A DNA stretch of 63,287 bases from a virus: positions 1 through 63,287 of IMG/VR virus record IMGVR_UViG_3300048623_000041. The stretch is one strand, 5' to 3'. Below are positions 36,101 through 42,932 of this stretch, piece by piece (within the stretch, counting starts at the first letter, position 1; each line of letters begins with the position of its first letter). The notes under the pieces were generated by a model, which saw only the letters and a program-made list of their open reading frames with translations, did not search any database and was not told the DNA's origin. Both the position numbers and the translations under genes were made by a program.

Positions 36101-36851
36101 TGCCGAGCGGGATGCTTTCACCGATCGTCTCGGCGGCGGCCATGAAGGCGGCATCGACGGTCGCGGCGCGAGGATCGCGGCCATCGGCGCGGCTCTCGCC
36201 ATATTGCTGTGCGCCCACCTGGCCGCCCATGACGGCGGCGCCGAGTTGGGGGTTGCGCGTTGCCAGCGTCGTCGCGATCGCCGGAATCATCTGGACGACG
36301 CTCTGCGCGATCATCGGCAGATATTTCTTGGCTGCGCTGTCGCCGGGATTGATCTGGTTAGCGGCAAGATCGCGCGTGGCCGCATCGTAGATGGCCTGGC
36401 CGGGGACGGCGCCGCGCTTCCCCATCTCGACGAAGGTCTGAGGGGCGTCCAACGCCTCGCCACCGATCTCCGCGCTCGTGACCGGCGCACCATAGGGGGC
36501 ACCCTGTCCGTCTATGCCCTGCGCCGCACCGGCCTCGGCAATGCCCTGGATCGCGCCACCGACACTCTGGCGAAATGCCGGGCCAAGGCTGGACAGGGTC
36601 TTCTTGGCGACCGTGCCCCAATCATCCTCTGGCGCGTGATCCGGGACGTAAGGCGTGCCAGTCTTGACCGCCGTGTCCATGCGATCGGCGGCGCTACCAT
36701 AACGCGCGGTGACGGCGGCGTCCGTGCCCTGCCAGTCCTTCGCGATCGAGGCGCGCTCGGCTTCGGTCGGCTCTCCGGCCATGACCTCGGCGAACAGGTC
36801 ACGGGGCTTGGCGTCGCCGCCAGTCACCTCTGCAAAGAGATCGCGCGCCAT
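27102..36851 (-). CDS. 3249-aa polyvalent virion/ejection protein
   Basis: One uninterrupted ORF. Domains seen: M23 (HNGIDIAVPVGTDV...GPHLHY, nt ~35215-35585); PPase-like (IENPKGS...YGYV...DGDQVDVYV, nt ~34530-34905); HEWWH at ~32193-32207; HEAIH at ~31022-31040; YHGSPHDFDRF...GYGLYFA at ~30605; hydrophobic segments near nt 28090-28170. Confidence 0.9.
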   Translation of the reverse strand: MARDLFAEVTGGDAKPRDLFAEVMAGEPTEAERASIAKDWQGTDAAVTARYGSAADRMDTAVKTGTPYVPDHAPEDDWGTVAKKTLSSLGPAFRQSVGGAIQGIAEAGAAQGIDGQGAPYGAPVTSAEIGGEALDAPQTFVEMGKRGAVPGQAIYDAATRDLAANQINPGDSAAKKYLPMIAQSVVQMIPAIATTLATRNPQLGAAVMGGQVGAQQYGESRADGRDPRAATVDAAFMAAAETIGESIPLGMMMKPGGSFLKGTLKTAGAEGLQEVFTQTLQTGYDKGILKPDMTWGEARQQLLDAGIVGFFTGGAMHVAAHPFVGHSAPLSEQPLTAQEDALLTPDDRASAIPDKLIARGKSLVDGALSPEPSFAPEPAPPLAQPQSTTAAEGGPFDALFAELEQSGAPIPARHGQANEDRQPLRLPVEGQITSPFGHREAPKDGASSEHNGIDIAVPVGTDVRAPASGRVIAVGSDEKNGNFVRVDHGNGLVTGYAHLSGADVAVGDEIGAGQVIAKSGATGNVTGPHLHYTVRENGVAVDPQSVSFPESAGNYPNSMQATEQVAENATESEGEKPGENRPIEFSPAETREPVFDEQDSTKQIGWLDPQTGKLAPLGDGTRAAPIDVTHPDHLEAASANAAEPTEAQAKAGNYAKVHVKVQGLDIAIENPKGSTRSGTDPDGKPWSVTMPDAYGYVKRTEGADGDQVDVYVGPHPTAPTVYVVDQVDADSRKFDEHKAMIGYASQDQAMAAYHAAFSDGRGAERAGSVVAMPIDQFKEWLKGDTSKPAAENIVLRNPENAAISDPAFQASSPIDSGRGATEQSVQSPAPLSKQDALKAKIAAKRSAANPTDVITALAQAGGIQDEIGATGRPRHDLKKGRNLQRFIPKAGALIRSTGMTIDAAGEFLHERGYFGPPSTTPRPTEDQVLQLIERGAREKVYPPEAVAAVDQSARERDAGGEERRARDEIDHIVSDLGLDVRDDEIAAALPLVPEMGAFGAIEHVIMSRGAVDLRTAHEQTGASLYDVPGFDDIPAGDERASNTAADAPEAPAPVERSPGRSGDAGERQASREQSGETGASQASEDGSLGLDAAQPERVGLTERQRSEIAARQQQPRSGRLDQVGLSDQEGGFLSAERDQSDMFASRQPTPDQPPVSKIDDFGEKLHGARKDYAQSYKDRMAEAGEVDIAAEPLSRSWPEPDYLKLLEGGADSYVVSAVRAMRDAIPTKPQKSWKLKGWVDLVTDLRRIANNMLDGSGSESMRGVLAKGGRAYADLQGTIDLYEAVGHEKSLKGITLSAASYSMYAGVTYSPPRTIWSVSAKAKATAFSNWPRDLTTGDTREEALAKFKGFVERGGLTAQPKAPTKFEIYSFRSKPGRWLIGKKVGREYIDLHEIPFDPADKEAGKAAVKEARAYIAENRAALETKLESWKHIPNERSTVNSPRIGENYRAGADVNPQQFSETFGFRGVQFGNYVEGQRRQADLNEAYDALMDLAGLLEVPPAALSLNGQLGLAFGARGKGGINAAAAHYERGSIVINLTKNAGAGSLAHEWWHSLDNYFSRQGGRGDEYMTGAPGLARDGVRPEMVEAFKAVMASIRQTSIKERSANLDKRRTKAYWSTDIEMSARAFESYVIAKLADNGFRNDYLANVVSASVYALEDGYPYPVASEIPVIREGFDRFIDTIEHESTEQGTRLYSLPDNPVATLSGDELGVEVHSRADMPALREAARKWFRSNLFARTVMSSDGHRVSFNDRGQKKVLSKGPDLIKAIPAIRAIIEKGALVETRPGDSVGTHAMHLYAAPVSIGGEVKRLGVFVRETKEGRFQYDLTHITNGKKSVASRPTAGRDSPEGGTAPALDGPRDELNLFLLDEENNNDRADLGQIRDELIERLKGYGLADRIALDVVGRIVDAPDGTAGRYFNKFIQVAMDASQDGAFTLDHEAIHAARELGLFNRTEWSALVRLAESDAALMDSVTQRYSKPYGNNIDLIREEAVADLFASYQAKRAEVKGFARIAFDKLASFLRAVREMWTGRGYADSRAVLRDIADGTIGARETGAGRGARVSWKSRRPMLQAAYHGSPHDFDRFTTEKIGTGEGAQAYGYGLYFAGKKGIAEHYRDKLSRGQARVTLNGIDTAVPNDIFGAGVWTEDQWDGAQALEYVRIYGSVAKAIDKFADKMSGETGRVRDTYQRCINWLTKHRAEIGVEKPGKLYEVDIPDDGEYLLWDKPLSEQPEVVKQALLRVPDGAFDQINERLDEQGMNPVELDDSAYTGGEFYRMLSRVELDVDTDGSNGKQDASLLLHDAGIAGIKYLDGGSRTAGDGTYNYVVFDDSRVKVLAKYSIPATGAPSPLGRDATNPDDTLAAQAEERAQRLVDSQREAGDGDPRAETGFDRWRTALQDRMLPVLRLQQAVEKTLGKALPEAQRPYHSEELMSGKIGAQLERLADDMVAPLFDGMKEAGVSVDELEAYVYARHAPERNKRIAEINPEIPEGGSGMSDEEAAEIVAAVERDPRRDAVKALAAQVDAILKFAVDTRVEAGLLSQAEADIWRKQYEHYAPLRGKAELDPEANSDRPMKGGSGITVRGKESRRAFGRKSRASDILAYSIMQAEEAIQRAETNRVGQSFHDLAKEAPDPDFWKIDKITRKAVWNSAKGQVEYRSESRISAEDAPYTVSLKIDGVEHRVTMNRENPAAVRVADAMRNLSAQQLQPWVKIIGSFTRLFSRINTTWNPEFLITNAFRDIQTAGVNLSQHDVPGMVRGIVRDWRKALMAPKGTDTEWGKWRREFELAGGKVYFNDLSDLNSIRARVDRAMSGKGISLKVGAMRFFEAVDKVNDRVENAVRLAAYKNAREGGMTKGQAASLARNATVNFTRRGQYGPVINSLYAFFNASVQGSATLMIAAGRSRKVRGALVGAVALGFMLDMLNRWASDDDDDGQSYWSKVPDFEKERNLILLAPGWGDKSIKIPLGLGLNAFVSLGRNLSEVLHGRSALDAGAEALWTSLDAFNPLGSNSLLTTILPTAIDPVAEIATNKDFTGKPIQPNPSPFEPPPTPSNNFFPSVSTESRVAAQFLNRITGGDDVIPGAVSVSPEVLDYLGGYFAGGAGRFVMKVGNLAAAPFDPERELKPDDFPFVRKVVGDKPRWLDKSLYYDRVDQIEQTMGWAKDYHQKGDDEGLTKLIDDKSTVLKLVPVMKAARKEMRSIRKDRGKLTMAHDLEKVDDAAYKDIKTKLDDREKTVISAFNRRWNEVMAAD
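34461..34477. promoter_or_regulatory. Intragenic operator-like copy F: ATTGCGTAATACGATAT
   Basis: TAATACGATATTTT is identical to A1/B2; the left arm is degenerate. It lies in an inter-domain linker of the giant gene. Confidence 0.35.
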
Positions 36852-37531
36852 CAGTTGGCGCCGAGCTTGTAGCCCTTGGCGCGCAACAGGGCGTCCCAGT
36901 CAGCCTTGATCTGAGCCGCTGGCTTGCCCTGCTGTGTCATGGAGTAGCGCGCGAGGCCGGACTGATATTCGGTTTGCGAGTAGGTCTGAGCCTTGGGCGC
37001 GGGAGCCGCTGCCGGTTTGGCCGGGGTAGGTCCGGCATCGTCGCCACCCGTCAGCCAGTCGTCATCGCTGCCGGTTTTCTTCGGCCGGTACTTCACGCCC
37101 GTGGCGCTGGTGCTGCCGTCCTTGCGCACGGTATAGAGCAAGCCGTCGTCGCCCTCGAACGTCGACTGGACCTCGCCGCTGTCAAGCTGATCGCGCAGCC
37201 GGATTTCCGCCTCGGACTTGGAGGTGTCGAGCGACGATCGCAGCTTGGTCAGCGTGATCTCGTTGCCGAGCTTCTGCCCCTCTTCCTTGACCTTGTAACC
37301 ATGTTCGGCCTCGGCCTTCTTCAGACCAAGCGTCAGCCCGCGCTCGTCGTCGCGGGCGGCGTTGCGGTCGTTGAGATCGGCCTGCTGAACATTGGATTCC
37401 TGCTGACGGCGCGCCCGCAGCGACTCCATCAATGTCTCGTGGCGCTGCTGGGCATCGAGGATGCCTTGCTTTGCAACGCCCTCGCCAAGGCCTTGCATAA
37501 GACCGCCAGCGATGTAGCCAAGCGCGCCCAT
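36851..37531 (-). CDS. Internal virion protein candidate
   Basis: 226 aa, coiled-coil-rich. Its stop overlaps the giant gene ATG by 1 nt. Confidence 0.6.
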   Translation of the reverse strand: MGALGYIAGGLMQGLGEGVAKQGILDAQQRHETLMESLRARRQQESNVQQADLNDRNAARDDERGLTLGLKKAEAEHGYKVKEEGQKLGNEITLTKLRSSLDTSKSEAEIRLRDQLDSGEVQSTFEGDDGLLYTVRKDGSTSATGVKYRPKKTGSDDDWLTGGDDAGPTPAKPAAAPAPKAQTYSQTEYQSGLARYSMTQQGKPAAQIKADWDALLRAKGYKLGAN

Positions 37532-37532
37532 C

Positions 37533-38198
37533 TCAGCCCCCCATCAGGCCGCGCGGTGTCGCTCCGGCGGCGGGTTGAGCCTGAGGCGGCGGTTGCTGGC
37601 CCTGCTCGGACTGGCCCTTACCGAGCACCGAGGCGATGCCGGGGATGAGGTTCGCCAGTTGCCCGGCGCGATCAGCTTCGACGATGGTCCCGAATTCCTG
37701 CTTGAGCTGGTCGGGATCGATGCGGCCCGTCGGGTTCATCTCGCGGTACATGTCGAGCGCCATGTAATAGGCACCGTCGACCTCTTCCTGCGCATAGTCA
37801 TGGACGCCAGCGGCTTCCGCCATATCGGCGAGCATGCCGACGATATCCTCGCCGGCCGCCATCAGGGCGTCATCCGGAATGTCGAAGCCAGACTGTTGCG
37901 CACTAACCTCGACCGAGACGACGACGGCGACGGCAGTCGAGGCAAGATTCTGCACGGGGTTGTCCGTACCACCAAGCATCTCGAGAATCTGCTTGTTCGG
38001 CTCGGTGCCGTTCTCGCCGCCGATCACGCGGGTGGCATTGTTGACGACCTGCTCATAGGCCGCCTGCTCCTCGGGCGTTGCCTGCTGGCCGTCCTGATCT
38101 GAGACCGTGGCCTCGCCGCCTTCATTGGCAGCATCCGGATCGGGCCGGGGTTCCTGCTGCTCTTCGGGCATCAGTCCGCCGCGTTGTGCCATCGCCAT
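37533..38198 (-). CDS. Acidic internal virion protein candidate
   Basis: 221 aa. Confidence 0.6.
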   Translation of the reverse strand: MAMAQRGGLMPEEQQEPRPDPDAANEGGEATVSDQDGQQATPEEQAAYEQVVNNATRVIGGENGTEPNKQILEMLGGTDNPVQNLASTAVAVVVSVEVSAQQSGFDIPDDALMAAGEDIVGMLADMAEAAGVHDYAQEEVDGAYYMALDMYREMNPTGRIDPDQLKQEFGTIVEADRAGQLANLIPGIASVLGKGQSEQGQQPPPQAQPAAGATPRGLMGG

Positions 38199-38201
38199 CG
38201 A

Positions 38202-39002
38202 TCAAGCCTCCGCCGTGTTGCGCAAGCGCATTTCCTTGCTGTCCCAGTAGAGGCGTCCGGTCGGACGGGGCGCGGCTGAGGCGTCGCTGAACTGCGAAGC
38301 ATCGTCCGATGTCCAGAGGCCGCCGCCCTGCGGATCCACGCCGTAGCTGTCGCGGACGCGCTGCTCGCGCTTGCGTTCGGCCTTGGCGTTTTCGGAGGCG
38401 ATGAGGCCACCACCGAGGCCCTGGAGCGCTGATCCGGCCAGGACTTGATTGCGCTCGACGAAACCCATGAGACCGCCGCCACCTGTCGCGGCGCGGGTCG
38501 CTGCATTGGTCACACCATTGGCGACGGGTGATTCGCCAAGCACCTGCATGGGGAGCCCATTTATTCCGACAGCCTCTGCGCCTGACTGTGCCGCTATATT
38601 GGCTGGCGACACGAGGTCGGCTCCAGCCGCAGCATCGCCAGCGGCGCTCATGGGACCGCCAGCACCCGCGGCAGCACCACTCATCGCCAGATTGGCACCA
38701 CCGAGGAGCCCGCCGGTAATAAGTCCCGTAGTTGCTGCCTTGATCGGATTCTTGCCCGTAAGGACACCCATCGCGGCGCCGATGCCAGCACTGTTCACTG
38801 CGGTCGTCATGACACTGGTGAGCCCGGCGCCTAAGCCGAGCCCCCCGGATCCGAGCACCGAGGCGACACTAGGAAGGGCACCCAAGGCAGCGCCGCCACT
38901 GAGGATAACAGCACCGATCGCAAGGGCCGGCAGCGCGACCTTCTTAATGACTTTTACTACTTTTTTGAACACCTTGCCGATGCTCTTGAGAAACCCGCTC
39001 AT
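38202..39002 (-). CDS. Gly-rich membrane-active virion protein candidate
   Basis: Trimmed to MSGFLKSIGKVFKKVVKVIKKVALPALAIGAV.... ATGA overlap with the upstream gene. Confidence 0.6.
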   Translation of the reverse strand: MSGFLKSIGKVFKKVVKVIKKVALPALAIGAVILSGGAALGALPSVASVLGSGGLGLGAGLTSVMTTAVNSAGIGAAMGVLTGKNPIKAATTGLITGGLLGGANLAMSGAAAGAGGPMSAAGDAAAGADLVSPANIAAQSGAEAVGINGLPMQVLGESPVANGVTNAATRAATGGGGLMGFVERNQVLAGSALQGLGGGLIASENAKAERKREQRVRDSYGVDPQGGGLWTSDDASQFSDASAAPRPTGRLYWDSKEMRLRNTAEA

Positions 39003-39508
39003 GCTGCCAGTGCCCCCACCAACGCCGCCTTGCGAGGGCGCGTGAACTTTTCGCCTGACCGGTGAAGGCCTTCCCGGCGATACAGAGCGGCCAAGCGCTC
39101 GCCATCGGGCGTCGCATCCGACCAACTAAGATTGACATCGACGACCCGGGGGTTTGCGTCGGCCCACGCGAGATAGGCTCGGACGAGGCGCATCAATGCG
39201 CCTGGAGGTGCTGCGTCGGTCAGATGAAGGAACATGTCGTTCGCCTCGAGCCGGTCGCAGATGAAATAGATCCGCGCCAGCAAGCCGATGATGAAGCCCT
39301 GCACCACGCCGCCAGCGTCTTCCTCGACCATGACGAGTGAGCCGCCATCATTGGTGTCGCCATTGCGGCCGACCAGCGCACGGAGCGTGCGATGTGCCAC
39401 CTCTCGGGAAACATCGCAGAGACCCGCGTAGACGGTGTGCGAATGCAGATCGACAAGCATCTCGACAATGCGCGGCACGTCCCCGAATTTCGCTGGCCGA
39501 ACCGTCAC
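38999..39508 (-). CDS. GNAT-like acetyltransferase
   Basis: 169 aa, GTG start. MTVRPAKFGDVPRIVEMLVDLH... plus overall length. Pattern-level call. Confidence 0.5.
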   Translation of the reverse strand: MTVRPAKFGDVPRIVEMLVDLHSHTVYAGLCDVSREVAHRTLRALVGRNGDTNDGGSLVMVEEDAGGVVQGFIIGLLARIYFICDRLEANDMFLHLTDAAPPGALMRLVRAYLAWADANPRVVDVNLSWSDATPDGERLAALYRREGLHRSGEKFTRPRKAALVGALAA

Positions 39509-40182
39509 CTCGCGCGAACCTTCGAACCGACCGGCGGGGTATAGGCCGACACATTGCTATTCGCGGCCGGAGCCGGAGCCGGAGCCGCCGGGCTCGACCC
39601 CCATGGCAGGTTGAGCCCCATGGTCGAGGCCACCAGGTTCTGCATCGTCTGCGTCTGGGCCTTGGCGCTGGCGAGGAAGTTGCTGCGATCGGTGGCGCTC
39701 ATCTTCTCGTTGCCCATGATGGACGCGAACATCGAGGCGTAGTTGGTGCCAGCCGAGACCAGCGTTTCGGCCGCCTTGGCCGCGAGGGCATCGGCGTTCT
39801 TCGACATGTCGAAGTCCTGAGCGCGGCGCGTCGTCGCATCGCTCATCAGGCCAAGATCCTTCTGGATATCCTGCCCGCGCGTGGTCGCGGAAAAGTCGAG
39901 ATCCTGCCCGCGCGTCGCGACCTGGTTCGCCATGAACTGCTGGTTCTTCGTCGCGACCTGAGAGGCTTCCTGACTGGCGATCGGGAGGGCCGCCGTGATC
40001 GCCGCGTCTTCGCCGGATCGGGCGGCCATGGTGCTGTTCAGGAGGCCCCGGCGCTGCGCGGTTTTCATGGCGCCAGCGCGCGCCTGCTGCATCAGCGGAC
40101 TGTCTTGCGAGGTCAGCGCGGTTACGCGCGAGGAAACCGCATCGTCTTCGGGTTTCCAATTGCCCTGCGCGTCGAAAGCCAT
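39505..40182 (-). CDS. Internal virion protein candidate
   Basis: 225 aa, Ala/Gln/Thr-rich. First gene of this minus-strand block. Confidence 0.6.
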   Translation of the reverse strand: MAFDAQGNWKPEDDAVSSRVTALTSQDSPLMQQARAGAMKTAQRRGLLNSTMAARSGEDAAITAALPIASQEASQVATKNQQFMANQVATRGQDLDFSATTRGQDIQKDLGLMSDATTRRAQDFDMSKNADALAAKAAETLVSAGTNYASMFASIMGNEKMSATDRSNFLASAKAQTQTMQNLVASTMGLNLPWGSSPAAPAPAPAANSNVSAYTPPVGSKVRAR

Positions 40183-40257
40183 GCCCCGATCCCCCTGCGC
40201 CGGACACTACAGGAAGTGCAGAAATATTTCCATATCCGATATTATCGGTTGATTGAG

Positions 40258-40274
40258 ATATCCTAATACGATAC
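40258..40274. promoter_or_regulatory. Operator-like site D: ATATCCTAATACGATAC
   Basis: Lies in the divergent region between 40182 (-) and the tRNA island (+). Palindromes GAAATATTTC (40221-40230) and CCGATATTATCGG (40236-40248) are adjacent. Confidence 0.55.
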
Positions 40275-40356
40275 TCAAAGCGCAACCGACGTGGAAACGT
40301 CCCGAGAATGTACAGGAGGCGACCATGAACACTGGCGGCTAAAGACCGCATCAGGA

Positions 40357-40433
<77 letters not shown>

Positions 40434-40454
40434 TCATTCTGCTGGAGAGCTAAC

Positions 40455-40808
40455 ATGCACAGCGATACACTGATCGAAACCGACCGCTACAGCGCCGACA
40501 AGGCGACTGCCCCTCGCGTATCCCTTGCCGACATGCAGGCGAAGATCGCGGACGAATATTACTTCATCGCCGGAGACGCGCTGCACGAACTGGGCAAGGC
40601 CGTGAGCGAGAAAAGCGCGCTGCACATCCTGACGATCTGCGTGCTGGAAATGAAGAACGGCTTTGTCGTCATCGGCAAGAGCGCGCCCGCCTCACCCGAG
40701 AATTTCGATCGCGAGAAGGGCCGAAGGTTTGCCTACGAGGACGCGATCAAGCAGCTTTGGCCGCTTGAGGGATATGCTTTACGCGAGGTCTTGTCCGCCT
40801 CGGCGTGA
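40455..40808 (+). CDS. N4 gp49 / Sf6 gp66 family protein
   Basis: LTICVLEMKNGFVVIGKSAPASPENFDREKGRRFAYEDAIKQLWPLEGYALRE matches the family pattern as I recall it. Confidence 0.65.
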   Translation: MHSDTLIETDRYSADKATAPRVSLADMQAKIADEYYFIAGDALHELGKAVSEKSALHILTICVLEMKNGFVVIGKSAPASPENFDREKGRRFAYEDAIKQLWPLEGYALREVLSASA

Positions 40809-40974
40809 AAGTGATGCGACGGCGGGGATAATCGGAGACCCGCTAGGCTCTCACGGGGCCGATAAAGAGAGCCGTGAGCTTTAGGCAGGTAGGTGGCCTA
40901 TCCGTCTCTGAAAGTCGCTTCGGCGAACAAGCGGGAACACATCGCCGGGGTAACGTCCGGCTCGCATCACAAAC

Positions 40975-41051
40975 GCTCCCGTAGCTCAACAGGATAGAGC
41001 GCATGCCTTCTAAGCATGATGTTGCGTGTTCGAGTCACGCCGGGGGCGCCA
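40975..41051 (+). tRNA. tRNA-Arg (UCU)
   Basis: Hand-folded 77 nt: GCTCCCG-TA-GCTC-AACAGGATA-GAGC-G-CATGC-CTTCTAA-GCATG-ATGTT-GCGTG-TTCGAGT-CACGC-CGGGGGC-G-CCA. Confidence 0.9.
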
Positions 41052-41213
41052 GTTATGATATGGGGTGATTCATGACGGACTGGACCAAGCCTGACGCCTT
41101 CATGAGGACCGAACGCATTGCCGGAACGAACGTGCAGTTTCCGCGCGACAAGTCGGTCTTGGAAGAGGGTGTGATAAGGTTCTGGGTTCCACGAGATAAT
41201 TGGATGAGGCTTT

Positions 41214-41546
41214 ATGGCATCTGACACCGATCTTCGCGAGGCGCTGATAAGGGCTTTTATGGCAAAGGTTCAGATCGTCGAAACAACCTTCGCTAATGAG
41301 CAGCCGCTAATTTTTGCTGATGAGGATGGGCTAGGCGAGATCGCAGACATCGCCATCAAGGTCTTCAAGGACCAGAAGACCGTGCATGTGTCGAATTTAG
41401 AACCCAACACCAATTATATGCTTGAACTGCAGCACACCGACGACGGGCCATTGAAGGCCCAAGTGAGGCCGATCGCGCCGGAGGAGTTCTACAAATGGCT
41501 GTTCGAACACGGTTTTGTTAGGGCGCAATCTACTCCACGCGGTTAG
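41214..41546 (+). CDS. Hypothetical protein (A/T-richer)
   Basis: 110-aa ORF. Confidence 0.55.
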   Translation: MASDTDLREALIRAFMAKVQIVETTFANEQPLIFADEDGLGEIADIAIKVFKDQKTVHVSNLEPNTNYMLELQHTDDGPLKAQVRPIAPEEFYKWLFEHGFVRAQSTPRG

Positions 41547-41823
41547 CGCCAGCCCCCATCCTGACCTGCTTCTGAAGCTCGATCAGCGTCGCGCGGATGC
41601 TACCCGCGACGTCGTATAGGTCAAGGATCGACAGGGTGCAGTCCGCCCCGGTCATCCTGTCGCCCGTCCGTCGGACCTTCGGTAGCTCCTGCGGCTCCAC
41701 TAGCAGGCTCGCGTCGATCCTTGCGGTTTGCAACACTGGCTGCGTCGTCGAGCATGCGGAGACCGCCAGCATCAACGCACAGCCCTGTATAAGCCGGAGC
41801 CTGCACCAGTTTCTCGGTCTCAC
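41530..41823 (-). CDS. o-spanin (Rz1-like lipoprotein), partly overlapping the i-spanin gene
   Basis: A GTG at 41823 gives MRPRNWCRLRLIQGCALMLAVSAC|STTQ, a lipobox (AVSAC). It is out of frame within and beyond 41621..42043. Confidence 0.6.
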   Translation of the reverse strand: MRPRNWCRLRLIQGCALMLAVSACSTTQPVLQTARIDASLLVEPQELPKVRRTGDRMTGADCTLSILDLYDVAGSIRATLIELQKQVRMGAGANRVE

Positions 41824-42043
41824 GGTAAATCTCCCTGACCTGTGTCTGCGCCTTCGCCTCGACCTTGCCATGCGCCAACGTCGATTCCTGACGGGCATCC
41901 TCAAGCTGGATCGTGAGTTCGCGCGCCTTGCGCTCCACTCGGGCCTGCGCGCCTTGCTCGATCCGCGATCCGTCGAAGCGGCCACCGATATAGGCGGCGA
42001 GCAGGAGCGCGAGACCGCCGACTAGCTTGTAGAGCAAGGTCAT
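41621..42043 (-). CDS. i-spanin (Rz-like)
   Basis: N-terminal TM (LVGGLALLLAAYIGG) followed by a charged coiled coil. Confidence 0.65.
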   Translation of the reverse strand: MTLLYKLVGGLALLLAAYIGGRFDGSRIEQGAQARVERKARELTIQLEDARQESTLAHGKVEAKAQTQVREIYRETEKLVQAPAYTGLCVDAGGLRMLDDAASVANRKDRREPASGAAGATEGPTDGRQDDRGGLHPVDP

Positions 42044-42456
42044 GCTGGCGGTTCCTTCGCAACAATCTCCTGCGCCTTATCCGTCGCAGCCGCCGCTACC
42101 TGCTCAGCACCATCAGCCGCCGAGCCCACCGACCCGCTGACGCCGCCGGGGCCGGAGAAGGTGATCCGCGCCTTGAACGTCATCACGACCATGACGAGGA
42201 AGCTCAGCCCGACGACCCCGAGCAGCCCGAGGATCGCGTGATCTTTCATGTCAAGGATGCGCAGGATGATCGTCGTGCAGTCCTCGATCAGGGGCTTGGT
42301 GCGGGCGGCGGCAGCGACGCCGATCGTTACCGAGCACCAGCGCGCCGGGGTCAGTCCGTAGAGTTGCCACGCGAGCATGACGCCCATCGCGCCGCCGCCG
42401 ATGATGATGGCGGCCACGGTCCAGTTGAAGGCGTAGCTGTGGCGTGGCGGCGTCAT
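42040..42456 (-). CDS. Holin candidate
   Basis: 138 aa with three hydrophobic segments, between the endolysin and the spanins. Confidence 0.65.
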   Translation of the reverse strand: MTPPRHSYAFNWTVAAIIIGGGAMGVMLAWQLYGLTPARWCSVTIGVAAAARTKPLIEDCTTIILRILDMKDHAILGLLGVVGLSFLVMVVMTFKARITFSGPGGVSGSVGSAADGAEQVAAAATDKAQEIVAKEPPA

Positions 42457-42932
42457 GCCTCGTTCCTCGATACCGGCGCGCCGTCGTCTGCGACCTGAGC
42501 CAGCCGGAACCCCACGGGCACGACCATCGGCCAGCGGTAGCCGAGCACACGCGCGCGCTCGAACTTACCTTCGTTGACGGCGTTGCCCTGATTTCCACCG
42601 ACGCCCCAGACGAAGTTCTTGCTGATCTTGGTCAGGAAGAAGACATGGCCGCCACCATCCCGATCGAGGATGCAGATCGCGCCGAGGCTCGGGTCGCAAC
42701 CCTTGCCCCATGCCAGCCAGTCCTTCGCGCGGAAGCCGGACTTGGCAGGGGTGATGCCGGACAGGCGAAGCATCTCGGCCACGAAAACCCCGCACCACGG
42801 CGCGCGACGGAGCCACGCCCAGCCGAGGTTCTTGAGCCAGCCGAGGATGGTCGGGCTTTCGTTGCTGTTGCCGATCTCGCGGACGCCGATGTGGGCGCGG
42901 GCGCGTACCAGCCACGGGGGATCGAGCGTCAA
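42453..42932 (-). CDS. Endolysin candidate (TIGR02594-like NlpC/P60-type)
   Basis: PWCGVFVAEML, GGGHVFFL, GGNQGNAV. TTG start. Confidence 0.7.
   Translation of the reverse strand: MTLDPPWLVRARAHIGVREIGNSNESPTILGWLKNLGWAWLRRAPWCGVFVAEMLRLSGITPAKSGFRAKDWLAWGKGCDPSLGAICILDRDGGGHVFFLTKISKNFVWGVGGNQGNAVNEGKFERARVLGYRWPMVVPVGFRLAQVADDGAPVSRNEA

Noticed and set aside
27102-36851. The giant protein as an N4-type virion RNA polymerase (prompted by the N4-type capsid and gp49-like genes).
   Set aside because: The recognisable modules are peptidase, zincin and PPase-like. I saw no polymerase motifs, and the genome is temperate and lacks the other N4 hallmark genes.
40850-40885. 7-bp stem with a 15-nt loop after the gp49-like gene as a terminator.
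   Set aside because: The loop is large and the T-run is short (CTTT). Low confidence.
40967-41227. 86-aa minus-strand ORF.
   Set aside because: It overlaps the well-folding tRNA-Arg(UCU) and the intergenic spacer. It is likely spurious.
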